In this document: piece by piece, positions 1-9,400 of the stretch
How the letters are laid out: each line of letters opens with the position of its first letter
Numbering within the stretch: the first letter of the stretch is position 1
Notes under the pieces: model-generated
Databases searched by the model: none
Told to the model about the DNA's origin: nothing
Seen by the model: the letters and a program-made list of their open reading frames with translations, nothing else
Translations under genes and position numbers: made by a program
DNA from: a virus
Reading direction: 5' to 3' (one strand)
Length of the DNA: 64,000 nucleotides
IMG/VR virus record: IMGVR_UViG_3300020474_000007
Span: 10,498 to 74,497 of that record

Positions 1-2
1 AT

Positions 3-149
3 TCTGCTTGGATCACTGTCTCTGCCGCAAACTCTCCACCCAATGGTAAGCCCGGACTATTTGTAGAGAGTCATGATCAAAATCAGCCTAATCCTTTAAT
101 TAGTTCATTTTCAAACGTGTTGTTGAATGATGACACTCAAAAACTATAA
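3..149 (+). CDS. 3' end of an upstream gene (partial, hypothetical)
   Basis: Frame open from the window edge (SAWITVSAANSPPNGKPGLF...) to TAA at 147-149, just before the AGGAG RBS of the next gene. Confidence 0.5.
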   Translation, partial: SAWITVSAANSPPNGKPGLFVESHDQNQPNPLISSFSNVLLNDDTQKL

Positions 150-166
150 TGTAGCAGGAGCATTTA

Positions 167-472
167 ATGACTATAAAAATTAAATCTGAAGAACGCCACG
201 TTAGTGATAATACCACTTTACAAAAAGGTGATATAGCGTATTCTTCTACTTTTCCACATAGCGTAAAGGTGGCATCTGAAAATAATCAAAGTTGGGCAAC
301 TATAGAGCCTATTAGACCAGTAACTCAGTTTACTCCCAACAGTGATAATCAGGGTGGATTAGTTGGAACAATGTGTTTTGACAATAACTTCCTGTATATT
401 AAAACTGCATCTGGATGGAAAAGATTAGCTCTATCAGATATGCCATTCACATCCCCTGCGGTCCCAACATAA
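167..472 (+). CDS. small virion-associated hypothetical protein
   Basis: AGGAG RBS. The C-terminal GTMCFDNNFLYIKTASGWKRLALS resembles a short module common in phage fibre/structural proteins. Confidence 0.65.
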   Translation: MTIKIKSEERHVSDNTTLQKGDIAYSSTFPHSVKVASENNQSWATIEPIRPVTQFTPNSDNQGGLVGTMCFDNNFLYIKTASGWKRLALSDMPFTSPAVPT

Positions 473-957
473 TGCCTATAAATGTACCACAATCTGTCTT
501 TGACAAATATTATGATGTAATAGATTCCACTTTTAATATATTTGGAGTCACCTGTCAACTTGTGTCTATAGAAAAGCGCGAAGTAATAGTGCATAATCCT
601 GACAACAATCTTCCAGACATCAATTCAATCAATGATCACAGGAGAGGCGGGGGTGATCGTAATCGTGGAACTAAAACCATTAAAGAAGTAGAAGTATTAA
701 CTGACATAAAATTAAAAGTTTATTGGGATTCTAAACAGTGGGTTGGAGCTACTGACACAATTAAAACAGCTGATGGGGCCATACAAACAATTGGGCTTAT
801 GACAGACTTGGCTACTGTATTAAATTCTAAACAATTAATAGTACACAAAGGCATAAAAGATAAAAAAGAGATGAGGTTTGAGAGAAGTGGAGAACATATT
901 CCAGTAGGGTTAAAGCAAGATAGATATTTTGCATGTTTCTGGAAAAGAGTACAATGA
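472..957 (+). CDS. putative head-completion/neck protein
   Basis: Start reassigned to ATG 472 (TAATG overlap with the previous stop). Function inferred from its position upstream of tail genes. Confidence 0.5.
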   Translation: MPINVPQSVFDKYYDVIDSTFNIFGVTCQLVSIEKREVIVHNPDNNLPDINSINDHRRGGGDRNRGTKTIKEVEVLTDIKLKVYWDSKQWVGATDTIKTADGAIQTIGLMTDLATVLNSKQLIVHKGIKDKKEMRFERSGEHIPVGLKQDRYFACFWKRVQ

Positions 958-1589
958 TAAGCATAGAGTTAAAGGAAAGCATTGGCGTAATAGGGAATAA
1001 AATAAAACAAGCTTTTGCAGAGGAGATTAATACCTTAGTTAAAAAGCGAGAAAAAAATATATTAAGTCAATGCAAAGATTTGGTATCTGCTTGGATAATA
1101 TCTCAACCAGAAGTACAATCTTTAAATGATCATTCTGTAGGGTCTTTAGCTGGACAGTTTGGTTTACACCCCGGTCAAGATTTAATAGCAACAAAAGAAA
1201 TTGTTGACGCTGTAGAAAGTTCTGTGCAAGTTAAGTTCATTCCTTTCGACAAGAAATTAAATGGAGGATTTTTCGTATATTTTCAACCTAGTAATTTTCA
1301 AAATTTATTATCACTCGGCTCAGGACATGTGGTAGATAGCTCGTCTGACTTACACTGGCTCGATTGGCTTTTAACTCAAGGGGATACTATTATTGTGGTT
1401 GGATATTCATACAACCCTGAATCTGGGATAGGTAGATCTGGTTTAGGAAGTATGACTGATGGTGGATCTTTTAGAATACCTCCCCAGTTTTCTGGAAATG
1501 TAGACAATAACTTTATTACTAGAGCCTTGATTGGCAGTATGCAAGAAGGTCAAATAGCAGATATTTTCAAGAAGGAATTAGGTATCTAA
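954..1589 (+). CDS. putative neck/tail-completion protein
   Basis: ATGA overlap at 954-957 gives the start MISIELK. Function from synteny only. Confidence 0.45.
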   Translation: MISIELKESIGVIGNKIKQAFAEEINTLVKKREKNILSQCKDLVSAWIISQPEVQSLNDHSVGSLAGQFGLHPGQDLIATKEIVDAVESSVQVKFIPFDKKLNGGFFVYFQPSNFQNLLSLGSGHVVDSSSDLHWLDWLLTQGDTIIVVGYSYNPESGIGRSGLGSMTDGGSFRIPPQFSGNVDNNFITRALIGSMQEGQIADIFKKELGI

Positions 1590-1590
1590 A

Positions 1591-2556
1591 ATGGCTGATA
1601 GTTTTAATCTCAAAGGCTTTGATAGTGTCTTCAGCTCATCTCTAAATAATGAGCTACAGGACAATTTGATCGAATTCTTCGATTGGGGTTTGCTTAAAAA
1701 AGGTAACTATTTTAATGTAGATCTTAATGAACAGTCTATGGACGGAGAAGACTACAGTAAATTAACCATGTCTACCAATCCTAACTTTTCTGCTGGTAAA
1801 GCTTGGCAGGGGTTTAGAAAGAATTGGATATGGCAAAGCGGCATAACAAGCTCTGCTGGAGATCCTGCTCCTCTGGTTGGAACCGACCCCCTTGTTCCGG
1901 GGATATCTGGAGTGTATGTGGACAGCACTTTTTATCCCTCAGATACCACTGGAGCCTATGCCCACAAAGTAGATTATTTTAACGGTAGAGTAGTGTTTGA
2001 CAACCCTATACCTACAGGAAGTCTAGTACAGGCAGAATTTAGTTATAAATATATAAATGTAGTATATGCTAATAATTTACCATTTATAAGAGAATTACAG
2101 TACAGGTCTCTAGAAGACGCTCAGCCCAATGAGGATCTCGTACCAGCGGAGATGAGGGTACAACTACCAGCTATAGCCATAGAAATCGTCCCCCGCAGAA
2201 CGTTCAAAGGATATGCTATCGGGGGTGGTCAATATGTGTATACAGATGTGTTGTTCCACTGTTTAGCAGAGAATGAGTTCACAAGGAACCAGCTGGTAGA
2301 CATAGTATCTTTTCAGAACGACAAGACAATATTCCTGTTTAATAGCAATAGTGTAGCCAAAAGTGGTGATTTTCCCCTAGATGGCTATGGATATCCAGTT
2401 CCTAGCGCTCTGAGATACCCTGATTTAGTGACAAAACATGCGGGGAACGTGGTGTTCCTCCAAAACAATATAGTAACTGGCATGAACACTATCAATAGCA
2501 ATTTTTACGCTGCGACAGTGAGAACCACTGCGGAACTCATTAAAGCAACTATATGA
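1591..2556 (+). CDS. putative tail terminator/completion protein
   Basis: 321 aa, directly upstream of the probable tail tube. The C-half QLPAIAIE...YVYTDVLFHCLAENEFTRNQLVDIV has the look of a tail-terminator fold. Confidence 0.5.
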   Translation: MADSFNLKGFDSVFSSSLNNELQDNLIEFFDWGLLKKGNYFNVDLNEQSMDGEDYSKLTMSTNPNFSAGKAWQGFRKNWIWQSGITSSAGDPAPLVGTDPLVPGISGVYVDSTFYPSDTTGAYAHKVDYFNGRVVFDNPIPTGSLVQAEFSYKYINVVYANNLPFIRELQYRSLEDAQPNEDLVPAEMRVQLPAIAIEIVPRRTFKGYAIGGGQYVYTDVLFHCLAENEFTRNQLVDIVSFQNDKTIFLFNSNSVAKSGDFPLDGYGYPVPSALRYPDLVTKHAGNVVFLQNNIVTGMNTINSNFYAATVRTTAELIKATI

Positions 2557-2564
2557 TAGTTTTT

Positions 2565-2572
2565 GTGTATAA
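2565..2572 (+). promoter_or_regulatory. putative late promoter motif GTGTATAA
   Basis: Intergenic, about 40 nt before the tail tube start. The motif recurs at 25437 and 36442. Confidence 0.5.
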
Positions 2573-2609
2573 ATAAATAGATTTTCTTACCACTGAAGGA
2601 GAGTTTATA

Positions 2610-3734
2610 ATGCCCAATCAAAGAATTTTCTACGCCTGCCAAGCAGTTGCGATTGAAGCCCCGCAAGCAGGCGGGACTGTAGAAGTCGCTCATGGTGTGC
2701 AGAGCGTTGGAGTTACCACTAATTTTAGCCTTGAACAAGCTTTTGAATTAGGTCAGATTCAAATTTATGAAAATATTGAAGGTGTGCCTGATATTGAGGT
2801 GACTTTAGAAAAAGTTCTCGATGGCTATCCACTGCTATTTTTCTTAGCCACAAGAGGCGCTGGCCTTTCTGCTACCCTTGTAGAACGATCAAAACTGCGA
2901 TGTAATGTTGGTTTGGGCATTTTCGATGACGGTGTAGACGTTGTTGGTACTGATGGAGCTGGTGGCACTCAAAATGCAAACGCAGAAGTTATTGCTTCTG
3001 GTATGTATATGAGTAGTGTTGCTTATAATATTAATACTGATGGCAATCACACTGAAAGTATCTCCTTGGTGGGAAATCAAAAAACTTGGAATTCCTCGCC
3101 TGTTCTTGTAACTCAAGCTAGAGTTCAAGCTGCCTTCCACGAAGGAGGCGGTCCTTCCAACGTTGGTGGTGATATACCTCATAATAATAAAGCTGGACAA
3201 CTTCACGGTGGTATTCAACGTAGAGAAAATGTAAACTGGGCAGCTTCAATTCTTCCTGCTAGTATTATCAGGGCTATTGATCCCCTTCATAAAGCCGTCA
3301 CGGACGTTGCTTATAATCCTGTTGTTAATAATAACACTGACACCGATGGGAAACCTATCGCTCATGTTCAGAGCATCTCCATCAGTACTGATTTTAGTAG
3401 AGAAGATATCAATGAACTTGGTCGTAAAGCCCCTTACTATCGTTCACCTAACTTCCCGATTGAGGTTACTTGTGATATTGAGGTTCTTTCTACAGATGGC
3501 GATTGGGTACAAGCTTTTGAAGAAGGTTATCTAACTGGCGTAAATGCTGGTAATAATACTCCAGAAGAAACAATTACAATTACTTTAGACGATGGAACCA
3601 AGTTTGAACTTGGAGCTAAGAACAGACTTTCTTCAGTTTCTTACGGCGGCGGCGATGCTGGTGGTGGAAATGCTACTATGACATTTAGTTATTCGACGTT
3701 TAATGACTTGACGGTAACTTCGCCTACTCAATAG
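2610..3734 (+). CDS. probable major tail tube protein
   Basis: Strong RBS (AAGGAG), own promoter motif, beta-rich. Two similar internal segments (AHGVQSVGVTTNFSLEQAFELG / AHVQSISISTDFSREDINELG). Lies upstream of chaperones and the tape measure gene. Confidence 0.65.
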   Translation: MPNQRIFYACQAVAIEAPQAGGTVEVAHGVQSVGVTTNFSLEQAFELGQIQIYENIEGVPDIEVTLEKVLDGYPLLFFLATRGAGLSATLVERSKLRCNVGLGIFDDGVDVVGTDGAGGTQNANAEVIASGMYMSSVAYNINTDGNHTESISLVGNQKTWNSSPVLVTQARVQAAFHEGGGPSNVGGDIPHNNKAGQLHGGIQRRENVNWAASILPASIIRAIDPLHKAVTDVAYNPVVNNNTDTDGKPIAHVQSISISTDFSREDINELGRKAPYYRSPNFPIEVTCDIEVLSTDGDWVQAFEEGYLTGVNAGNNTPEETITITLDDGTKFELGAKNRLSSVSYGGGDAGGGNATMTFSYSTFNDLTVTSPTQ

Positions 3735-3771
3735 TTATAAAAACTTTAACAAATTTTACAGGAGAATTAAT

Positions 3772-4110
3772 ATGGCATGGGCAGGCAACAGCGGAATCGC
3801 TGACAATTTGTTTACCGGAGCAACGATTAGCAACGGTGCAGTTACTATCCCCAGTGGCACAATTACTAGTTATATTCCTACAGACCTTGATGTAGCTAAC
3901 GACGCTGATGGTGGCGCATCTGAGTTTGTTTTTGGAATGTGCGAAACGCTAAGTACTAAGGTTGCAGCTGCTAGTCTAACTGATGTAACTGCTTCTACTA
4001 CATCGACGCTAGCTGGTAGCACACTTACTAAGACTTATTCATTTACTGTCAAACTAAACTTCAACGAGTCAGCTAATATTGGCAACTTGAACGTTCAAAG
4101 TAATACGTAA
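3772..4110 (+). CDS. hypothetical virion protein
   Basis: AGGAG RBS; Ser/Thr/Ala-rich, 112 aa. Confidence 0.6.
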   Translation: MAWAGNSGIADNLFTGATISNGAVTIPSGTITSYIPTDLDVANDADGGASEFVFGMCETLSTKVAAASLTDVTASTTSTLAGSTLTKTYSFTVKLNFNESANIGNLNVQSNT

Positions 4111-4176
4111 GCAAATAAGTTTTTTGGATTCAAAAGGACTAAAACAATGATTAACTCCCGCTAATGAGGTTTTGTA

Positions 4177-5202
4177 GTGAAACAGCATGAACGGGAGTTT
4201 TTTATTTCTAGTGTCAGATATGGTGTGGTAAGCGTAGAAGATCTAGAAATAATCCCATTGACGATAGATCAGTCATTTAAAGCTTCGCAAGTTTATGAGA
4301 AGGCTTACCATCAGGCTTTCTTGGATGAAGTTATGACTGAGGAAGAAATGTTGGACTTTATGATGGAAAAAGAAATATGGTCTTACGAAGATGATATAGC
4401 AATCAAAGGTCTTGAAAAGGATATTTCTAAATTAAAAGAACAAATATATTTACAAAGACATGATTCTAAAAAAGTGAGACATGCTAGGGCTTTTTTGAGA
4501 GCGGGAGAAAAACAAATAGATAATAAGCTAGCTATTAAACATACTCACTTTGTTCACACGGCAGAGGGTGTAGCGTCTGCTGAAAAAATGGCTTGGACTA
4601 TTACCAATACTACATACAAGGATGGTAAACTTTATGATTTTGATGAATTCTCTATAGATTATATATTGTCTGAATGGCAAAAGACTTTGATTCCAGAATA
4701 CAACATCAGAGATCTTGCTAGAAATGAACCTTGGAAATCATTGTGGGTTGTTAGAGAAAAAGCGGGATGTGATTTGTTTTATAAAAGAGATGGTCAAGAG
4801 CTTACAATCAATCAAAAAAATTTAATAATGTGGTCACAGATGTATGATAACATACAAGAGTCTGTAGATTGCCCATCAGATGATGTTATTGAAGATGACG
4901 ATATGTTAGACGGTTGGTTCATAGTGCAGAGGAAAAAGAGAGAAAAAGAAAAATTAGAACAAGAAGTGGATCAAATGAATCCCAAAATTGCAAATTCTGA
5001 CGAAGTATTTTTAGTAAACAATAAAGAGCCGGATGCAAGAGTCGCCACTTTGAATGATCGAAGAGCAAATGCGCGTAAAAGAGCCAGAATGAACGTATTA
5101 AAAGAAAAGGGGGAAGTACAGACAGGAGCTTTTCCAGATGAAATCATGGACATGAAGAACAGACAGAGTGAATCTTTTAAGGATAAATTTACAAGGAGTT
5201 AA
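4177..5202 (+). CDS. hypothetical protein, possible tail assembly chaperone
   Basis: GTG start, charged and helical, between the tube and tape measure genes. Confidence 0.5.
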   Translation: MKQHEREFFISSVRYGVVSVEDLEIIPLTIDQSFKASQVYEKAYHQAFLDEVMTEEEMLDFMMEKEIWSYEDDIAIKGLEKDISKLKEQIYLQRHDSKKVRHARAFLRAGEKQIDNKLAIKHTHFVHTAEGVASAEKMAWTITNTTYKDGKLYDFDEFSIDYILSEWQKTLIPEYNIRDLARNEPWKSLWVVREKAGCDLFYKRDGQELTINQKNLIMWSQMYDNIQESVDCPSDDVIEDDDMLDGWFIVQRKKREKEKLEQEVDQMNPKIANSDEVFLVNNKEPDARVATLNDRRANARKRARMNVLKEKGEVQTGAFPDEIMDMKNRQSESFKDKFTRS

Positions 5203-5204
5203 CG

Positions 5205-5603
5205 ATGGGTGATCTATCAGAGTTTGTAAATAATCGCGGTCAATACAAAAAAGCTAGAGAAGAAAAGTATAAATTGGACTCTAGAGACCGTCTTTCTAAA
5301 ATACTAAAAAAGAAAATTCAAACCACAATGATTGGTGCTTTGAGTAGTATAGAGCAACATCTCGGATTTTTGTGGACAAATCAGAATGGAGAATTGACAG
5401 AAGATCAAAAGAAGTTATTAGAATTATACAACATGGTTCGTTCTGAGATATTAGACAGGGGAAACAATCAAGCTAGAAACATTGATGCAGAGCTGTCTCA
5501 ATATGAAGTAGAATGGTTAAGATACACTATGATCATGCCAGTAGTAACAAAAATTGAAACTAAAACAGAGGAGGATCAAAATGATTCAGGACAAGGAAAC
5601 TAA
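5205..5603 (+). CDS. hypothetical protein
   Basis: AGGAG RBS; helical, 132 aa. Confidence 0.6.
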   Translation: MGDLSEFVNNRGQYKKAREEKYKLDSRDRLSKILKKKIQTTMIGALSSIEQHLGFLWTNQNGELTEDQKKLLELYNMVRSEILDRGNNQARNIDAELSQYEVEWLRYTMIMPVVTKIETKTEEDQNDSGQGN

Positions 5604-6438
5604 AGTAGACGTAAAAGTTGGTGACGAAACAGTTAAGATCGTCGTAAGAAAACCCACTGCGCCATTGATGTCAAAAGCTCAGGGCATAGCTGCTAAGGCT
5701 TGGTCTGTACACGCCAGAGAAGGAGTTATGACTAAAAAAGAACTAGAAAAGTTTATGAAAGAACATGGCATTTGGGATGAGACGAAGGATGAAGAAGAAG
5801 CAAAGAAGCAAAGAGAAATTGCAGATTATGAAAAACAATTGTACGTTAGAGGTAAAAATGGTAAACTAAAGACCTCTGAGGGGCGAGATATTGCAATTAA
5901 GATGAGAATCGCTAGAAATGAGCTTAGAGATCTTATTGCCGAACGAATTGCTTTAGAGCAAAATACAGCTGAATCACTGGCTGATAATGAAAGATTTGAC
6001 TTTTTAGTGGCAAATTGCACCTTTCGTGAAAGCGGAGAAAAGGTGTATAGTTCTTTAGAAGATTATACAAATGAGGCTGACGGAGAAGTTGCTTTTGCAG
6101 CTGCCAGCGCTTTGGCGCAATTACTGTACTCTGTAGATAAAAGCTTTGAATCTAATCTTCCAGAAAATAGATTTCTACAGATGTTTGACTTTGTAGATAA
6201 AGATTTAACTTTAGTAGACCACGATGGAAATTTAGTGGATACTAAAAACAGAAGAATAGACGAAGAAGGATATCTCCTAAATAAAGACGGTAAACGTACA
6301 GATTTAGAGGGCAATCTCTTAGACGATAATGGTCGTTATGTTCCTTCTGTTACATATACAGATGATAAAGGTCGTAAAATTAGCACTTCTAACGGACAGA
6401 AAAGCAAAGCTAAAGTACCAGCAGAGGATAGCGTGTAG
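5581..6438 (+). CDS. probable tail assembly chaperone
   Basis: Start reassigned to ATG 5581 (GAGGAGG RBS). Immediately upstream of the tape measure gene; charged and helical. Confidence 0.5.
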   Translation: MIQDKETKVDVKVGDETVKIVVRKPTAPLMSKAQGIAAKAWSVHAREGVMTKKELEKFMKEHGIWDETKDEEEAKKQREIADYEKQLYVRGKNGKLKTSEGRDIAIKMRIARNELRDLIAERIALEQNTAESLADNERFDFLVANCTFRESGEKVYSSLEDYTNEADGEVAFAAASALAQLLYSVDKSFESNLPENRFLQMFDFVDKDLTLVDHDGNLVDTKNRRIDEEGYLLNKDGKRTDLEGNLLDDNGRYVPSVTYTDDKGRKISTSNGQKSKAKVPAEDSV

Positions 6439-6459
6439 TCTTTAAAATGGAAATAAAAG

Positions 6460-9400
6460 ATGGCAAAATTTGTCCTGACTGCACAATTACAATTACAAGC
6501 ACCACGTAATGTCAATCAAGTCGTTAATCAGATACAGAATCAGCTACGGGGCGTAGCTGTTGATATAGATGTACGCAATGCTGCAAAGACTCAGAGAGAA
6601 ATCCAAAACTTAAGTCGGACTACCGATAAGGCTGCTGACTCTGCGAAACGGATGGGTAGCGCGTTTAATGTTTCTCTTAAGAGGTTTGCTGGATTAGCTC
6701 TTGCGACTAGGGCTGTATCTCTGTTTACTAATACCCTTGGCGGTGCTGTAAAAGAGGCTATATCTTTTGAGAGAGAGTTGATAAAGATTTCTCAGGTTAC
6801 TGGAAAGTCTATATCACAATTAAGAGACCTTACTAAGACTATTACTTCATTATCTACTAGTCTAGGTTCTTCTTCATCTGCATTATTAAATGTATCTAGG
6901 TCGTTATCTCAGGCGGGTTTTAGTGCCAAAGAAACTGAGATCGCTCTTTCTACTCTTGCTAGGACAACCTTAGCTCCTACTTTTGATGACATTACTAAGA
7001 CGGCTGAAGGTGCTATTGCTGTCTTTAATCAGTTTGGCAGAGGCGCAGAAGCCTTAGAGCAGCAGCTTGGTGCTATTAATGCTGTCGCTGGTAAGTTCGC
7101 TGTTGAAGCAGGCGACTTAATTTCTACTGTACGTAGAACGGGTGGTGTGTTTAAATCTGCTGGTGGTGATCTAAATGAACTTATTGCTTTGTTCACAAGT
7201 GTTAGATCAACTACGCGAGAAAGTGCGGAAAGTATTGCTACTGGTTTAAGAACTATTTTCACACGTATACAACGACCAAAAACTATTGACTTCATGAAAC
7301 AGTTTGGTGTTCAACTTACAGATTTAGAGGGTAAGTTTGTAGGACCGTTTGAAGCTACAATGAGACTTAGTAAAGCCTTAGCTGGCTTGGAACAGGGTGA
7401 TATTACTTTTGTTCGTATAGCAGAAGAGTTGGGTGGGTTTAGACAAATTGGCAAAGTCATTCCTCTTATTCAACAGGCTAGAGTTGCACAAGAAGCTTTA
7501 AATGTAGCCCAAAGGGGTGGTGACTCGTTAGCAGCAGATGCCGCTAAAGCACAACAAACATTAGCTGTACGTATCGTACAAACTCAAGAAAAATTCATTG
7601 CTTTAGTTAGAAGCATATCCGAAACTACAGCCTTCCAGTTGATGGCTAATAGTGTGCTTGCGCTGGCTGACGGTCTGGTAAAGGTTGGCGAAGCAATTAA
7701 ACCCGTATTGCCATTGATAGCTGCTCTTGGCGCTTCCAGAGGTATTGCTGCTCTTGGAGGGTTTGGTGGTAAAGCTTCTAAAATGGTTGGCATGAATAAA
7801 GGAGGCTCAGTACCCGGAACTGGAAATAGAGATACTGTTCCCGCCATGCTCACGCCGGGAGAGTTCGTAATAAGAAAAGAAAGCGTCAAAAGTTTAGGTG
7901 CTGAAAATTTACATAAAATGAACAAGTATGCTTCTGGAGGTATTGTTACGGCTGATAGGCATGGTTATGGAAAGTTTGGTGCTAATTCACCAGCCATGAA
8001 AGCAGCTAAAAGAGCAACAGAGCAGTCAGATGGTGTTACTGCGTGGAGAAACAAAAGTCAAAATGAAAGACAAGCGGAGGCAGCTAGGATTGATGCCGCT
8101 GGAAGGAAGAAGGGTTCAGAAAGAGTTGATCCTAAAAAAATTAAGAGTGCTACGTTAAGTGGTGAGTTTGGTGTTTCATTTTTGAGAGGAAATGCTGGAA
8201 GTAAAGGTCTAAACGCTACGATAGGTCAAGTACTAAAAGAGTCAAATAAAACGGGGGCTGACAGACTTAAATCATCTCTGTTGAAGAGAGCTGGATCAAA
8301 ATCATTAAAAGATATAAATTATAACAATGCTAGAATTACAGCTACAGGAGCTGTTCCAACTTACTTGCAAGGAGACGGTGGTAAAATATTCAGAGATGAG
8401 ATAGAAGCCGCAGTTCCGCAAATGTTTTCCAAGGCAACGGAATCTTTCACGGGAGAATTAAGACCTTCTGCCGCCTTGCCATTAAATAAATTAGTATCTA
8501 AATCAGCTATAGGTTCTATAGAAGGTCAATTTTTTGAAGCATTCATTAGATCTGTTACTAACAACACAATTAAAGATCCTAAGAAAGATGAAATATTCGA
8601 TTTCGCCGCACTAGCGGCCTCAAAGAGTGACCTTGAAAGATTATTTGGAGACAACCCTTTTGTTCTTCCTAATGAATTTAAGAATGATGCTAACAGTGCA
8701 GCTAATCGTGCTAGCGCGATTGGTAAGGCGATGTCTCTTCCCGGCACTCAATTGAGATTTTATAACAAGGGTGGTAATGTCAAAGACACAGTTCCTGCTA
8801 TGCTAACTCCGGGTGAGTTTGTGGTTAACAAAGCATCTGCACAAAAGATTGGTTACAATAATCTTAAACAAATGAATAAAGTTAAGGGTTACAACGCAGG
8901 CGGTGTTGTTACTGGTAATAGACATAATTATGGAGTAGAGTCTGCTGGCAATCCCTTAACTGATCTTCTATATGGTAAAGGTAAAACTGACGCAGGCGGT
9001 GACAAGAAACTTGCTGACGGTGCTGCAAAAGCTTCTAAGGGGATGGCTAAGTTGGCTGGCGCTGCCTTCGCCACAACAGCTGCTCTTTCTGCTATTATAC
9101 CAGCCGCTAAAGAAAATGAGAATGTTTATATCACTGGCGCTCGTTCTTTAAATCAATCTCTAATGACAATCATAGGTGGTGCTAGTACCGCTGGTTTTGC
9201 TCTACAGTCTTTTGGTAAAGACATAGACGTTGGCGCATTACTTAAGAATAAATTTGTTGGTCCCTTAGCTGCTGCTGGTACTGCTGCGTTTATAGTCTCT
9301 AAGACATTCCATTCTTTGGAAAATTCATCAGCAAGATTAAAGAAATCTATTGAAGATGGAAACAAAGCTCAAGCAGTTGCGCTCTCTACTCAGGCCAGTA

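Noticed and set aside
5160-5603. Programmed -1 frameshift of the lambda G/GT tail-chaperone type
   Set aside because: I found no in-frame X XXY YYZ heptamer at the ends of these ORFs. Each downstream gene has its own strong RBS, and the 5205/5581 pair is not in a -1 relation.
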